DNA of 64,000 bases from a virus. Taxonomy: Duplodnaviria; Caudoviricetes. The notes beneath the pieces were generated by a model that worked only from the letters and a program-made list of their open reading frames with translations, was not told the DNA's origin and made no database searches. The DNA lies in IMG/VR virus record IMGVR_UViG_3300032216_001965, positions 11,159 to 75,158 of that record; one strand, written 5' to 3'. Shown piece by piece: positions 20,622 through 31,790 of this stretch (position 1 is the stretch's first letter; every line of letters begins with the position of its first letter). Made by a program: the position numbers and the translations under genes.

Positions 20622-21274
20622 TGGCTACTAACCCAAATGCTGCTGCCTATATGTCTGGTAGAAGAAAATATCAAAGACCACAGGCAATGCTATGGTCAGA
20701 AAACTCTGGAACACTAGTCAATGGTGTTTATGTGCCAAATGGCTATGAAATTGGATCAACAACTGGATCAGAAACAGATGAATCTACATTTAATCAATTT
20801 TTAATTCTTTCAGATGACAATAGAGCAGCAATTGACTTTAAACAAAATAGAATTGAAAAACGTGAGCGAATGATTAATGGAAGAATGCGTTCTTATCATA
20901 TTGCAGATAAGTTGACAATTTCTACTAGTTGGAACATGCTTCCTTCTAGATCTTTTGCACTTGCCCCAGAGTTTAATCCATCAAACGGAAAACCCTTAGT
21001 AAAAGAAAAGAACTCTTTGGAGTATACTTCTGACGGAGGTGCTGGAGGAGTCGAACTTCTTGATTGGTATGAAAATCATCAAGGATCTTTTTGGGTATAT
21101 CTAGCGTACGATAAATACTTAAATTTTGGAAAAGATGATGCAGACTATGAACATCTTGGACAATATAACCAACTGATTGAAATGTTTTTTAGTGATTTTT
21201 CTTATAGCGTACAAAAGCGTGGCGGAAGTAATCATGATTTTTGGAATGTCTCAGTAACTCTGGAAGAGGCATAA
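20621..21274 (+). CDS. Distal tail (Dit-like) protein
   Basis: First gene after tape measure; 217 aa. Confidence 0.5.
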   Translation: MATNPNAAAYMSGRRKYQRPQAMLWSENSGTLVNGVYVPNGYEIGSTTGSETDESTFNQFLILSDDNRAAIDFKQNRIEKRERMINGRMRSYHIADKLTISTSWNMLPSRSFALAPEFNPSNGKPLVKEKNSLEYTSDGGAGGVELLDWYENHQGSFWVYLAYDKYLNFGKDDADYEHLGQYNQLIEMFFSDFSYSVQKRGGSNHDFWNVSVTLEEA

Positions 21275-21275
21275 A

Positions 21276-24200
21276 ATGTTTCAAAATGATGAATTAAAAA
21301 ATCATCTTCAAACATCTTCAGTTATTAGAACTAACTCTGCTGTAATTGCTGAGTGGAATATGAATATACCAGAAAATATTCAAAAGATTGGCAACTATAG
21401 ATATAGACCAACACAAGATAGTTCTGTATATAAAAATATTATATCTAGTTTTAATGATGGAGAAGATAAAGATACCCAGGTGCCATTTTATTATGGAGCA
21501 ACAGATGCCGATGTAACAATTGATGGTGGAATGGACGATATCAATCAGCCAACATTACTAACTTCTAGAAAAGAATATATTAAACTTCTCTATTCACTAG
21601 AAAACTGTTTTTATAAGTTTAGACCAAGATCAGGCGTTAACAAGGCTTCATATTTTTCAAACTCATATATTCATAATGCTAATTCAGATATGGCAAAAAG
21701 ACCAAGATACTATATGCCAGATAAAGGCGATTATTTTAAATACTGGACATCTTATAGAACTGAAAATGGTTCTGAGTATGGTGTTGCAAATAAAACTTTA
21801 AATGGTCAATACTTTATTGAGGATGCAGCACCATTTATTGTTTACAAAAATAAAATTCCAGTAAATAGAGTTATAGTAAAAATGCAAACACATATTGGGT
21901 CTGTTGATCTTGGTCCATTTTCTACATCTTCTAAATCATTTTCAGATCCATTTTATGGTGATGCAAATAAAAAAACACCCGTTAAATGGAAGATTCAAGC
22001 GCTTAAAAATAACAACTGGGTTGATATAAAAAAATTTGATGCAAGCATAAAAAGAAAAAACGGTACACCAATAATTGGTCCAGACGGATATGTAGAACTA
22101 GCATATGGATTAATAGTTCCAGATAAATATCAAGATGCATTTATTAGAGCAGAAGAACATGCAACAACATCAACTTTACCAGAAGCATCAATAAATGGTT
22201 ATGCATATTTAGTTAAAGAAAATGAAAATTCTTTAGGCACATATTATATTTGGGTATCAGATAAATATGAGACTTTTGTCCCAACATATGGTTGGTATGT
22301 AAATGAGGAAACGGTAGATAGACTAACCAACTTTGTTACAGACACAACATCTCCAATTCAATACTCCAATGAATCTGATGGTTTGTCAATGTATAGAGAG
22401 TTTGATTATATTAATGGTTTAAGGATTGTTGTTGATACTATGACAAAAGTTGATTCAACCTTTGACCTAATAGAGTTATCACCAAGATTAGTAGTAGATC
22501 TATCAGGAAAAACAATAGATTTTTCTATAACAAAAACAGCATCTGATTTAGGATCTTCTGGTCTTCCAGTTGGTCAATTGCTTGCATCAAATGGAACAAT
22601 AAAACTATTTGACTATGATCAAGCATTTAATCCAAATAATGATAACAGTATTATTAAAAACTATATAACTAAAAATATACAAATTAAACTTTATGAAATA
22701 GTTATGAATGTTAATGGATATGATTACTTTATTCCAATTAAAACAATGTATACAGAAGGTTTTCCAGAATCAAATAATGAAACAAGACAAGTCTCTTTAA
22801 AGTTAAGAGATCTGTTCTTTTATCTAGAATCAATAAATGCTCCACAACTACTAGTTACAAATGTGTCTCTTAGTTATGCGGTGTCAACACTTTTAGATTC
22901 AGTTGGATTTACCAACTATTCATTTAAAAGGGTAGAAGGTGAAGTTGATCAAATTATTCCATATTTTTTTATTCCGCCAGACACTAGTGTTGCTCAACTA
23001 TTAAATCAATTAGCGATATCAACACAAACAGCCATGTTCTTTGACGAATATAATAATTTTGTAATGTTGAGTAAAAATTATATTCTTCCAAAAGAATCAG
23101 AAAGAGAAACTAACTTTGAGTTTTATGGCACCAAAGATTTTGTTGAAGATGGTGCAATCAATAATAAAAACACAAATGAAAAACTTGCAAATATAATTTC
23201 TCTTAATTCTCAAAACAATGAAATTTTTAATGATGGAAGTATTAACTATAAAACAAGATACATTCAAAAAACATATGGATCAATTAAACAAGCAAGTATG
23301 ATTGATCAAGAAAAAACATGGATTTATAAACCAGTACTACTGTGGGAAGTTGCTGGAGACGACAATACAAAATCTATTAATGATCAAGCAAATAAACAAT
23401 CTAGTTATGTTTTAGGAGCAATACCACTAAACTCTGATTTGTCTGATGCAGTACCTAGTGTTTCTAATAATATAATTATTAATAATACAATGGATTTAGG
23501 TGAAGGAATTTATTGGCTTTCAAGATACAGTGGATACTTTTATGCAAATGGAGAAATCATAAAATATGATGCAGTTCAATACACTGTAAGCGGTATTGGT
23601 AATGTATGGATTACAAGTGTAACTGATTATCAAAATTATTTTTCTAAACTAAGTCACAATGGAAAGATATACCCAACAGGATTGGTAAGAATTTACTCCT
23701 ACCCAAACTATCAAACTATAAATGAAATAACTAAACTAAAAAATGGGGAAGTGGCAAAACACGGCAGAGGTCAGTTTGGAACAAGTATTTTAAAACATGA
23801 TGCAGGTCTAAACTCATATTGGTCTGATAATACAAATGTTCGTGGTTGCTCAATGAAATCTGACTACCTATTTAGTCTTGCTAATAAAACAGAAATAGAT
23901 GCAAAGATCAAACTTCTTACATTAGATAATCTTGCAGCAGGGGTAAATAATGATTTAGCAACACAATCCATTAGATCAGGAATTATAAAAAATTTCTTAT
24001 CTCAATACTATGGCACAGAAACAGATTTTAATAAACTTAAAACAACACAAACTGGCACAATTCAATCATCTGCATTTATTTTAAATGGTCCATCTTTTAC
24101 TACTACTCAAAAGGGAATTGACTTTATTTCTTATGTTCAAAAACCACTTACAGACTCATTTAAACATTTTGGTACAAGAATGAGAATTGTTGGAAAAATT

Positions 24201-25595
24201 GAGAATAATCAAAATCGTGGACAAACTCCAATTGGTAGTGATACATACTTTGTTGTAACTGGAAACTCTCCAGATCAAAATATTAATATCAGTGCTGGAT
24301 CAGGCGGGTTAGCAGTTATGCTAAATCCAACAACAAATGTTGGATACTACTTTGAAATTTTAGCATTAACAGAAAATAATATCAGTAGTTATAATAAGTC
24401 TGCTGAAAACCTTCATAATGTAATATTTTACAAAATCATGCGTGACTCTGCTACATCAGATGCAATACCAATTAAACTTTGGGGTGGTCTTGCAAGCATA
24501 ACGGTAGATGACGGAAAGTTTACTGGACAATATCGTATGGTTGGTGAGCAAAATCCAACGGTATATGATCTAGCAGTTGAATATCAAAATGTAGGAAACA
24601 GTAGAAGATTCTACTTATACATAAATAATAAACTTGTTGCAACCGTTGATGATACTTCTCCTTTGCCAGTATACAATAACATGGCAATGTTTGTAAGAGG
24701 ATCTGCAAGATGTATGTTTGAAAATATTTATGCATTAACAAATAACTATAGTCAGAATACAACCTTTGCCCTTGATACACCAGTTATGTCAGCAATTAAT
24801 GATTCTGAGATAGATGCTAATGAATCATTTAGAAAATATGCTATGAGCGGTATTGTTCAGTCAACTTATTTGTCTGGTATCAATCCCTCTCAACCACCAC
24901 AATACAATATGTATTTTGAAGAATTTGGTACAATCATGAGAGAAGCAGCATATTTTAATATTCGTTATGACAAAGCATATCCAGCACTATATGCCAAACT
25001 TTCTCCAACATTTAATAAAATAAAGGGATACACCGTGTCTGGATTTAGGGCGGGATCTTACGGAGCAGAATTTTTAATATTTAATGCAACAGACACAGCC
25101 CTAAGCCTTGATGAAACTACAGGTAACTATTTAAGAATTCAGGGTATAACATTTACACAAGAATCACAACATCAATTAACAATGGATCAGTATTTTAATA
25201 AAAATAGCGATTTTTCAAATCCTCAATTAAGCGGATCAACACTATTGAAATCCCCTGTAAAGTATGATAATGATTATGAAGATATTAAAGTAAGCAGAAT
25301 TACTTATGGAAAAAAAGATTTTTCATTAGAAACACCATACATACAAACACAAGATGATGCAAATAGTTTGATGGAGTGGATTGTAAATAAAGTGGTCAAG
25401 CCTAGAAAGTCTGTTAGTCTTAAAGTTTTTGCAACACCGACAGTTCAGTTAGGAGATATTGTTACTATTGACTATAAAGATAAAGACTCAGTAAATCAAA
25501 TATCATCATCTAACTCTAGGTTTGTAGTATATAATATAGGGTATGCAAAAAGTTTTGGAGGGCCAGATATGACTATTTATTTGAGCGAAATTTAA
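21276..25595 (+). CDS. Large tail-tip/hub protein (1439 aa)
   Basis: Position; C-terminal PYIQTQDDANSLMEWI...VQLGDIVTI...YNI resembles Tal/hub ends. Confidence 0.6.
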   Translation: MFQNDELKNHLQTSSVIRTNSAVIAEWNMNIPENIQKIGNYRYRPTQDSSVYKNIISSFNDGEDKDTQVPFYYGATDADVTIDGGMDDINQPTLLTSRKEYIKLLYSLENCFYKFRPRSGVNKASYFSNSYIHNANSDMAKRPRYYMPDKGDYFKYWTSYRTENGSEYGVANKTLNGQYFIEDAAPFIVYKNKIPVNRVIVKMQTHIGSVDLGPFSTSSKSFSDPFYGDANKKTPVKWKIQALKNNNWVDIKKFDASIKRKNGTPIIGPDGYVELAYGLIVPDKYQDAFIRAEEHATTSTLPEASINGYAYLVKENENSLGTYYIWVSDKYETFVPTYGWYVNEETVDRLTNFVTDTTSPIQYSNESDGLSMYREFDYINGLRIVVDTMTKVDSTFDLIELSPRLVVDLSGKTIDFSITKTASDLGSSGLPVGQLLASNGTIKLFDYDQAFNPNNDNSIIKNYITKNIQIKLYEIVMNVNGYDYFIPIKTMYTEGFPESNNETRQVSLKLRDLFFYLESINAPQLLVTNVSLSYAVSTLLDSVGFTNYSFKRVEGEVDQIIPYFFIPPDTSVAQLLNQLAISTQTAMFFDEYNNFVMLSKNYILPKESERETNFEFYGTKDFVEDGAINNKNTNEKLANIISLNSQNNEIFNDGSINYKTRYIQKTYGSIKQASMIDQEKTWIYKPVLLWEVAGDDNTKSINDQANKQSSYVLGAIPLNSDLSDAVPSVSNNIIINNTMDLGEGIYWLSRYSGYFYANGEIIKYDAVQYTVSGIGNVWITSVTDYQNYFSKLSHNGKIYPTGLVRIYSYPNYQTINEITKLKNGEVAKHGRGQFGTSILKHDAGLNSYWSDNTNVRGCSMKSDYLFSLANKTEIDAKIKLLTLDNLAAGVNNDLATQSIRSGIIKNFLSQYYGTETDFNKLKTTQTGTIQSSAFILNGPSFTTTQKGIDFISYVQKPLTDSFKHFGTRMRIVGKIENNQNRGQTPIGSDTYFVVTGNSPDQNINISAGSGGLAVMLNPTTNVGYYFEILALTENNISSYNKSAENLHNVIFYKIMRDSATSDAIPIKLWGGLASITVDDGKFTGQYRMVGEQNPTVYDLAVEYQNVGNSRRFYLYINNKLVATVDDTSPLPVYNNMAMFVRGSARCMFENIYALTNNYSQNTTFALDTPVMSAINDSEIDANESFRKYAMSGIVQSTYLSGINPSQPPQYNMYFEEFGTIMREAAYFNIRYDKAYPALYAKLSPTFNKIKGYTVSGFRAGSYGAEFLIFNATDTALSLDETTGNYLRIQGITFTQESQHQLTMDQYFNKNSDFSNPQLSGSTLLKSPVKYDNDYEDIKVSRITYGKKDFSLETPYIQTQDDANSLMEWIVNKVVKPRKSVSLKVFATPTVQLGDIVTIDYKDKDSVNQISSSNSRFVVYNIGYAKSFGGPDMTIYLSEI

Positions 25596-25596
25596 T

Positions 25597-26085
25597 ATGT
25601 CAAGTGCAATACCACTTACACCAGATACAACAATCTCTAATGCAGACACAGGTGTGCTTGCTGCAACTACCAACCTCATAATTACAAGTTATGATGAAAC
25701 ACCCTTAGAGGTAATGACTGATCTTATTTTTGAAGATATAGGTGGTCAAGAAATTATCAATATATCTAGAACCGATATTGTTAATGGTCAAGATATTATT
25801 TATCAACCAATTAAAAATTTAGCAAGTATTAATTATCAATATAATCCACAAAATATTTTATCGCTTCAAGATACTTCAGAAAATTATTTTAAAAAGTTTC
25901 CTATTAATGCAGCAAATAAAGTTCCAAATTTTGGAACAGGCTTAAATGGATCAACAGTTTATATTGATGAGGATACTGGAAATCTTATTATTGAACTGGT
26001 AAATATAGAGGATGACGAACAGGTAGAGGTTCAAATACTAAGAAATGGAAAATTTTTTAATGATACAATATATGAGGTGCAATAA
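25597..26085 (+). CDS. Tail-associated hypothetical protein
   Basis: Tightly coupled in tail operon. Confidence 0.45.
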   Translation: MSSAIPLTPDTTISNADTGVLAATTNLIITSYDETPLEVMTDLIFEDIGGQEIINISRTDIVNGQDIIYQPIKNLASINYQYNPQNILSLQDTSENYFKKFPINAANKVPNFGTGLNGSTVYIDEDTGNLIIELVNIEDDEQVEVQILRNGKFFNDTIYEVQ

Positions 26086-27242
26086 TGATTACTAATACTG
26101 GAAAAAACATTTTAGCAAAATATTTACTAGGTCAGGCTTCTGCTTATGCCTCATATATTGCTATTGGTTGCGGTTCAAAGCCTTTAAACTCTGACGCAGT
26201 TCTTGGGGATTACTCGACTAAAGAAAGACTTGATTTTGAAATGTTTCGTGTTCCCATCACTTCAAGAGGATATGTAAGCGAAGATGGAATTACTAAGATT
26301 GTTTTAACTGCAGAATTGCCAAGTGAAGAAAGATATGAGATTAGTGAAGTTGGTATTTTTTCTGCGGGATCTAATACTGCAGCAGGTGCATATGATAGTA
26401 AGTCTATTTATGCTTTTACACAAGATGAAAACTGGGAACATCATAATAGCCAGGGTTCATACTCAATTCCAGTAAAATACACACCACTAGATGATGACTC
26501 AAATAATATAATTAGTGATGTTTTGGTTACAAGAGAAGGTTCTCAAGTTGTTGCAAAAGTTTTTCAAACAAATGCAGACAACAGAATTTTTACAGATCAA
26601 GGAAGAGTTTTGAGATATGAAAGATGTAGATTTTTAAACAATACAGTTATGCTTAAAGGAAATTCTTCTATTTTGACTGTTGATGGATCTGGAAATCTTT
26701 TAATAGACAATGACTCAGAGCATATACATTTGACTGGTGCAATACTAGACTTTAATAAAAACTCACCCACTGATGAAATTAAACTATCTTTTGCAATAGT
26801 TAATAAAGATGGGGAATCAACAAATGTTCCAGATAGTGTTAGAATAATGGTAGAGTTTTCTTCTTCTGATTCACTTGTTGGTCAATTTGCAAGATTTCAG
26901 GTAAACATTAATAATGGAACTGGAGTAGGTCAATATGATTTTTCTACAAATAGATATGTTGTAGCAACAAAACAACTACAAGAATTATACAAGAGTGCTG
27001 GATTTACATGGAGCCAGGTTGATGTTGTTAAGATCTATGCATGTGTTACAGATAATGGAAGTCCAACAGATAACTTCTATATTGCTCTAGATGCCCTAAA
27101 ACTTGAAAACACAAGTTCATCAAATCCACTTTATGGAATGACTGGCTACTCTGTAATTAAAAATACTGATGCAGCAACTATTGTAAAATCTGCAAATACA
27201 ACAAACTATATTGAATTTAGGTTTGCTTTGGATGTTCAATAA
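26085..27242 (+). CDS. Tail/baseplate protein
   Basis: N-terminal MITNTGKNILAKYLLG..YIAIGCG...LTAEL.....ISEVGIF resembles tail-fibre/baseplate N-termini. Confidence 0.5.
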   Translation: MITNTGKNILAKYLLGQASAYASYIAIGCGSKPLNSDAVLGDYSTKERLDFEMFRVPITSRGYVSEDGITKIVLTAELPSEERYEISEVGIFSAGSNTAAGAYDSKSIYAFTQDENWEHHNSQGSYSIPVKYTPLDDDSNNIISDVLVTREGSQVVAKVFQTNADNRIFTDQGRVLRYERCRFLNNTVMLKGNSSILTVDGSGNLLIDNDSEHIHLTGAILDFNKNSPTDEIKLSFAIVNKDGESTNVPDSVRIMVEFSSSDSLVGQFARFQVNINNGTGVGQYDFSTNRYVVATKQLQELYKSAGFTWSQVDVVKIYACVTDNGSPTDNFYIALDALKLENTSSSNPLYGMTGYSVIKNTDAATIVKSANTTNYIEFRFALDVQ

Positions 27243-27682
27243 TGGCACAAGAAAATTCTAGAATAAAAAAGGTCATTATACCAAAATCTTCATTACCAGA
27301 AATATCTGGCGTTGGACAAGACTATGTAGTTAGATATAGAATTGTTAGTGAAGATAAAAATAGATATTCTTATTGGTCACAAAAATATAGAGTTGGCATA
27401 CCAAATACAACCGCTGTGCCTTTTTCTGTAACTAAATCTGGTTCAACTATAACAGCAGTTTGGACACCAGATAATAGTGTAAAATCTGAGTTCGATATTT
27501 ATATTAAATGGGATTCAGAAGATTGGAAATATGTTACAACTGTATATTCAACAATCTATGCTAGTATAATCAAGAGTGATGCTACAAAGGTAAAAATTGC
27601 AGCACAAGTGCCTACTTTTCCAAAAGAAAGATTTAATTCTGCTACCCTTTTTGAATCTAACGAGATTGCCTTAGTGGTATAA
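27242..27682 (+). CDS. Tail-associated beta-rich protein
   Basis: YVVRYRIVSEDKNRYSYWS, fibronectin-like pattern; coupled. Confidence 0.4.
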   Translation: MAQENSRIKKVIIPKSSLPEISGVGQDYVVRYRIVSEDKNRYSYWSQKYRVGIPNTTAVPFSVTKSGSTITAVWTPDNSVKSEFDIYIKWDSEDWKYVTTVYSTIYASIIKSDATKVKIAAQVPTFPKERFNSATLFESNEIALVV

Positions 27683-27692
27683 TTATATAACC

Positions 27693-28136
27693 ATGGCAAA
27701 ATTACCTTTACCCGAAAGAGGGCAACCACTAGATGTTGCTTATATTTATCAGTTAGCAAATACTATAAATGATCTATCATCACAAATATCTCCAGCAACA
27801 TACAAATATGTAACAGTAGATACTCCTGGAGTTGGCAAACAAAGTGTAAAGGCTTCAGAGGCTAGAATTATTGGCGGGTATGTAAATGTGGTAAATAGTT
27901 CAACAAGACAGGCAGGAACAGAAGTATCATTTTCATATGACTTCCCAACAGATTTTAAATATGCACCTATTGCAACAGCAACTCCAGTAAATACTGGTGG
28001 AACAGATGCTGGTAAAAATGTATCAGTAGTTTTAAAAAATATAACAACTTCTAAGGTTGATGGCATTGTAAGATTTGGTACAACTGGTGATATGTCAGTT
28101 GATGTCAATATTATAATTATTGGAATACCTAACTAA
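27693..28136 (+). CDS. Small tail-fibre/minor tail-like protein
   Basis: VSFSYDFPTDFKYAPIATATP...VNIIIIG beta pattern; TGGTATAAT at 27675. Confidence 0.4.
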   Translation: MAKLPLPERGQPLDVAYIYQLANTINDLSSQISPATYKYVTVDTPGVGKQSVKASEARIIGGYVNVVNSSTRQAGTEVSFSYDFPTDFKYAPIATATPVNTGGTDAGKNVSVVLKNITTSKVDGIVRFGTTGDMSVDVNIIIIGIPN

Positions 28137-28139
28137 ATA

Positions 28140-28331
28140 ATGATTAAATGTGATAGATGTAATAAAAGAATGTTTGTTGATAGACAGTATACTTCAGTTT
28201 CTCATTTAGAAACATACTGTATGTGTTGTGGATCTAGAAAATTTTTTAATCCACCTGAGCAATCAAAAGAGGGGCGATGGCTACTAGAAAAGGAAAAATT
28301 GAGAGCGAAAACTACAATCTCTCCCCTATAA
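28140..28331 (+). CDS. Small zinc-finger protein
   Basis: CDRC...CMCC motifs. Confidence 0.55.
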   Translation: MIKCDRCNKRMFVDRQYTSVSHLETYCMCCGSRKFFNPPEQSKEGRWLLEKEKLRAKTTISPL

Positions 28332-28819
28332 TTCCTGGTAACAAAAAAGTTTGGTTTTTAAATGGTGATCTAGTTAGAGTTCATCACCTTAATAGATCTA
28401 ATGGCATTATGTCTGTTTATAATATTACAAAAGATCAAATTGAAAGTTGTTTAATTAATGATTTTAAAAAAAATAGAGAACGAGCATATACAGTTGGCCA
28501 AACTGCTGATTTAGTTAATCGTCATAAAAAATATATGCCATCACTAATGAAACGAGGAGTTATTCCTTTTCCTACTGGATCACAAAAAGGCGGAGCAAGA
28601 GGTTTTCAAGTAAGATCATACTACTCAGAATCCCAAGTAAGGGCGATACGTGATATACTTGCTACGTACCATATTGGAAGACCAAGAAAAGATAATTTAA
28701 TAACCAATGATATTACGCCATCACCACAAGAGTTGACAAGACGCATGGGCGACGGTATAATTACATATACAAGAACTGAAGATGGAAGATTTATCCCTAT
28801 TTGGGGAGAATCTATTTAA
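28277..28819 (+). CDS. MerR/excisionase-type HTH DNA-binding protein
   Basis: AYTVGQTADLVNRH...RGVIPFP...RSYYSESQV. Confidence 0.6.
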   Translation: MATRKGKIESENYNLSPIIPGNKKVWFLNGDLVRVHHLNRSNGIMSVYNITKDQIESCLINDFKKNRERAYTVGQTADLVNRHKKYMPSLMKRGVIPFPTGSQKGGARGFQVRSYYSESQVRAIRDILATYHIGRPRKDNLITNDITPSPQELTRRMGDGIITYTRTEDGRFIPIWGESI

Positions 28820-28837
28820 TAATAAAAGGGGTATGAA

Positions 28838-29044
28838 ATGCAAAACGAAGACACTAAAGTTGGAGTTACTTTGGGATATACACTTAATCTTGGTAACTTT
28901 CAATCACTAAGGATTGATCTTAATGTAATTGATTCTAAGCGTGAAGGTGAAAATACAAACGATGCTTTTGAGCGTGTTTACAAGTTTGTAGAAGATAAGT
29001 TAACTGAAAAAATTAATGAAGCAAAGTCTGAAATAGCAGAATAA
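28838..29044 (+). CDS. Hypothetical protein
   Basis: ORF coupled to downstream gene. Confidence 0.5.
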   Translation: MQNEDTKVGVTLGYTLNLGNFQSLRIDLNVIDSKREGENTNDAFERVYKFVEDKLTEKINEAKSEIAE

Positions 29045-29352
29045 TGGCAGAACGCAAAGACCGAATGGCTTTGCTTTCACGCTATAGCAAGTTTCATACT
29101 GCAAGATATGAGCAAAAGCCATCTTTAAATTTAAATGTAGAACAATGGGCTTCAGATGCCCTTATTGAGTCATATGGTATATCACAGTGCTATGATATTC
29201 TTGATTACTACTTTAGTGTTGCTCAGTCTCCCTCTTGGAATTACTTTGCATATAATGCAGAAAAAATATTACAAGCAAGATTAGATAAACAGCAGGACGA
29301 TAAAGAGAGAGCAGAAAGAAGAAGAATGGCTAAGGAGTGGTTGAGTGAATAA
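29044..29352 (+). CDS. Hypothetical protein, possible helicase loader
   Basis: Overlaps DnaB start; function by position only. Confidence 0.4.
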   Translation: MAERKDRMALLSRYSKFHTARYEQKPSLNLNVEQWASDALIESYGISQCYDILDYYFSVAQSPSWNYFAYNAEKILQARLDKQQDDKERAERRRMAKEWLSE

Positions 29353-30565
29353 TACAGAAGCAAAATTAATCACAGCAGTTCTTGAAGACAAACAAGTTCA
29401 TGTTCTTCTTCAAGCAAATATAGATAATCTTCTTAGAACTCATAATGATGTATGGAATTTTATAAGAAATTATTTTGAGCATAACTCTGCAGTTCCTTTA
29501 GTATCTTTAGTTGTTGAAAAATTTAGAGATTTTGAACCTATTCAAGGTGTGGGTGCAACTAAGTACCATTTAGAAGAACTTCAAACAGAATATTTAAATG
29601 ATAGCCTAAAAGATATTCTTCGTTCTGCTGCTACAGATGTTCAACATGGTGAAGGAGTAAAGGCTTTAGACTCATTAATTACACAAACATCAGAATTAAA
29701 AAAGAACACATCTGCAATTCGTGATATTGATGTAACAGATCTTGAATCTGCAATTGCATACTTTGAAAATATGAAAGAGCAGCAGGCACTTGGCAAGGTT
29801 GGAATTAAAACTAATCTGCCAGGATTTGACAACTATCTTCCAGCAGGAATTATGCCAGGTCAACTAGGAGTCTTTTTAGCATACCCAGGTATAGGAAAGT
29901 CGTGGATGGCTCTATACTTTGCTGTACAGGCCTGGAAGCAGGGTAAAACACCCCTTGTAATATCCCTTGAGATGTCAGAAACAGAAGTGCGTAATCGTGT
30001 ATTCACAATTATGGGTGAGGGTATTTGGTCTCATAGAAAAATTTCAAATGGTGAGATTGAAATAGATATGTTGAAGCAGTGGCATGCAAAGCATTTACAA
30101 GGTAAGCCTGAGTTTCATATCATTTCAAATGACCAAGGTGGAGAAATTAATCCTTCAGTTCTTCGTGGAAAGATTGACCAGTACAAGCCAGACTTTGTAA
30201 TCGTTGACTATCTTCAATTGATGGCTCCCAATCAGAAGTCAGATAACGAAACGGTACGAATGAAAAACCTTTCAAGAGAACTTAAACTTATGGCTATTGG
30301 TGAAGAGGTTCCAATTATTGCTATCTCGTCTGCTACACCAGACGATGTTAATGATCTTTCTACGGTACCTACATTGGGTCAAACAGCATGGTCTAGACAG
30401 ATTGCATATGATGCAGACTGGGTTATTGCCCTTGGTCGTGCTACAAATAGTGATGTTATTGAATGTGCTTTTAGAAAAAATCGTCATGGATTTATGGGAG
30501 ATTTTCTTGTACAGGTAGATTTTGATAAAGGATACTATAGATATAAAGATTTTGAAGATAAGTAG
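29345..30565 (+). CDS. dnaB: Replicative DnaB-like helicase
   Basis: Walker A AYPGIGKS, ISLEMS, VIVDYLQLM, SRQIAYDAD. Confidence 0.92.
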   Translation: MNNTEAKLITAVLEDKQVHVLLQANIDNLLRTHNDVWNFIRNYFEHNSAVPLVSLVVEKFRDFEPIQGVGATKYHLEELQTEYLNDSLKDILRSAATDVQHGEGVKALDSLITQTSELKKNTSAIRDIDVTDLESAIAYFENMKEQQALGKVGIKTNLPGFDNYLPAGIMPGQLGVFLAYPGIGKSWMALYFAVQAWKQGKTPLVISLEMSETEVRNRVFTIMGEGIWSHRKISNGEIEIDMLKQWHAKHLQGKPEFHIISNDQGGEINPSVLRGKIDQYKPDFVIVDYLQLMAPNQKSDNETVRMKNLSRELKLMAIGEEVPIIAISSATPDDVNDLSTVPTLGQTAWSRQIAYDADWVIALGRATNSDVIECAFRKNRHGFMGDFLVQVDFDKGYYRYKDFEDK

Positions 30566-30577
30566 TTATAATATGAT

Positions 30578-30904
30578 ATGTCAAATTTTCACCATAAGAC
30601 AATTAAAAGATTTAGTTTGGATGGAATCATCCATGATGAATCTGCACTTGGTAGACTAAAAGGTGAATACACTAGGTTACTTGTTTCAGAGATGCGTCTC
30701 TGTGGATATGTACCAAGAATTGACATTGATCCAGATTTTACTATAGACTATAATGAAAAAAAAGAATATTTTGAATTTGAAATATCAATACATGGCGTAT
30801 ACGCAGGGAAAAGGAAAAGCGAATGGATAGCAGGGATAGACGGAACAAAACCAATATATATACAAAAGAACAAATTAAAAGAATTCTTGAAGGAACAGGT
30901 ATAA
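30578..30904 (+). CDS. Hypothetical protein overlapping primase start
   Basis: 108-aa ORF with TATAAT at 30567. Confidence 0.5.
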   Translation: MSNFHHKTIKRFSLDGIIHDESALGRLKGEYTRLLVSEMRLCGYVPRIDIDPDFTIDYNEKKEYFEFEISIHGVYAGKRKSEWIAGIDGTKPIYIQKNKLKEFLKEQV

Positions 30905-31767
30905 CTATAGAGTCTGAAGTTGATTCAGACTATATTATTTTTTGTCCATTTCATAACAATAATAGAACTCCTGCTGGAGAAATTGATAAGAATAATGGAA
31001 CCTTTTTTTGTTTTTCTTGTCACCATGTTGCAGACCTTGTAGAATTTGTAATGCATACCTCTGGAAGATCTTATTTTGAGTCTATTAGATTTATTAAAAC
31101 AAAAGAAACTCAACAAGATCTGGAGCGTGATATCAATCAAAAACTTGTTACAAAACCAGAGTTTGTTACCTTTGATGAATTAATCATTAAGCGTTTGTAT
31201 AATGGATTGCTTGCATCAGATAGGGCAAAAGACTATTTTAAATATCGTAAAATTTTTACATCTTCTTGGTCTAAGTTTTCTCTTGGTTATTCAGAGAAAC
31301 AGGACATGGTAACAGTTCCAGTGCATAGTCCAGATGGAATTTCAGTTGGTTTTGTTGGTAGATCTATTGAAGGAAAAGAATTTAAAAATACTCCAGGATT
31401 GCCAAAAGCAAAAACATTATTTAATTTAAATCGTGTAAAGACTGCAGATAAAGTTTATGTTGTTGAGTCTTCGTTTGATGCTATTCGTTTAGACCAACTA
31501 GGATTTCCAGCAGTTGCTACACTTGGATCCAATGTATCAAACCTGCAAATAGAATTGCTTCAAAAATATTTCAATAATATTATTGTTATTGCAGATAATG
31601 ATGAAGCGGGAGGAAATATGAAAACTAAGATAATTGAAAAACTTGGATCTCGTGTTTCCGTTATACAATTAAATAAAGAATATAAAGATATTGGGGATAT
31701 GTCAGATGAAGATATAAAAAAATTGGAAGTCTCATTTGACAAAGACATTATCTCTATGCTAAACTAA
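30823..31767 (+). CDS. dnaG: DNA primase (CHC2 zinc finger + TOPRIM)
   Basis: CPFH...CFSC; VVESSFDA; IADNDEAG. Confidence 0.9.
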   Translation: MDSRDRRNKTNIYTKEQIKRILEGTGITIESEVDSDYIIFCPFHNNNRTPAGEIDKNNGTFFCFSCHHVADLVEFVMHTSGRSYFESIRFIKTKETQQDLERDINQKLVTKPEFVTFDELIIKRLYNGLLASDRAKDYFKYRKIFTSSWSKFSLGYSEKQDMVTVPVHSPDGISVGFVGRSIEGKEFKNTPGLPKAKTLFNLNRVKTADKVYVVESSFDAIRLDQLGFPAVATLGSNVSNLQIELLQKYFNNIIVIADNDEAGGNMKTKIIEKLGSRVSVIQLNKEYKDIGDMSDEDIKKLEVSFDKDIISMLN

Positions 31768-31790
31768 TATAACAAACAAAGGAGAAATAT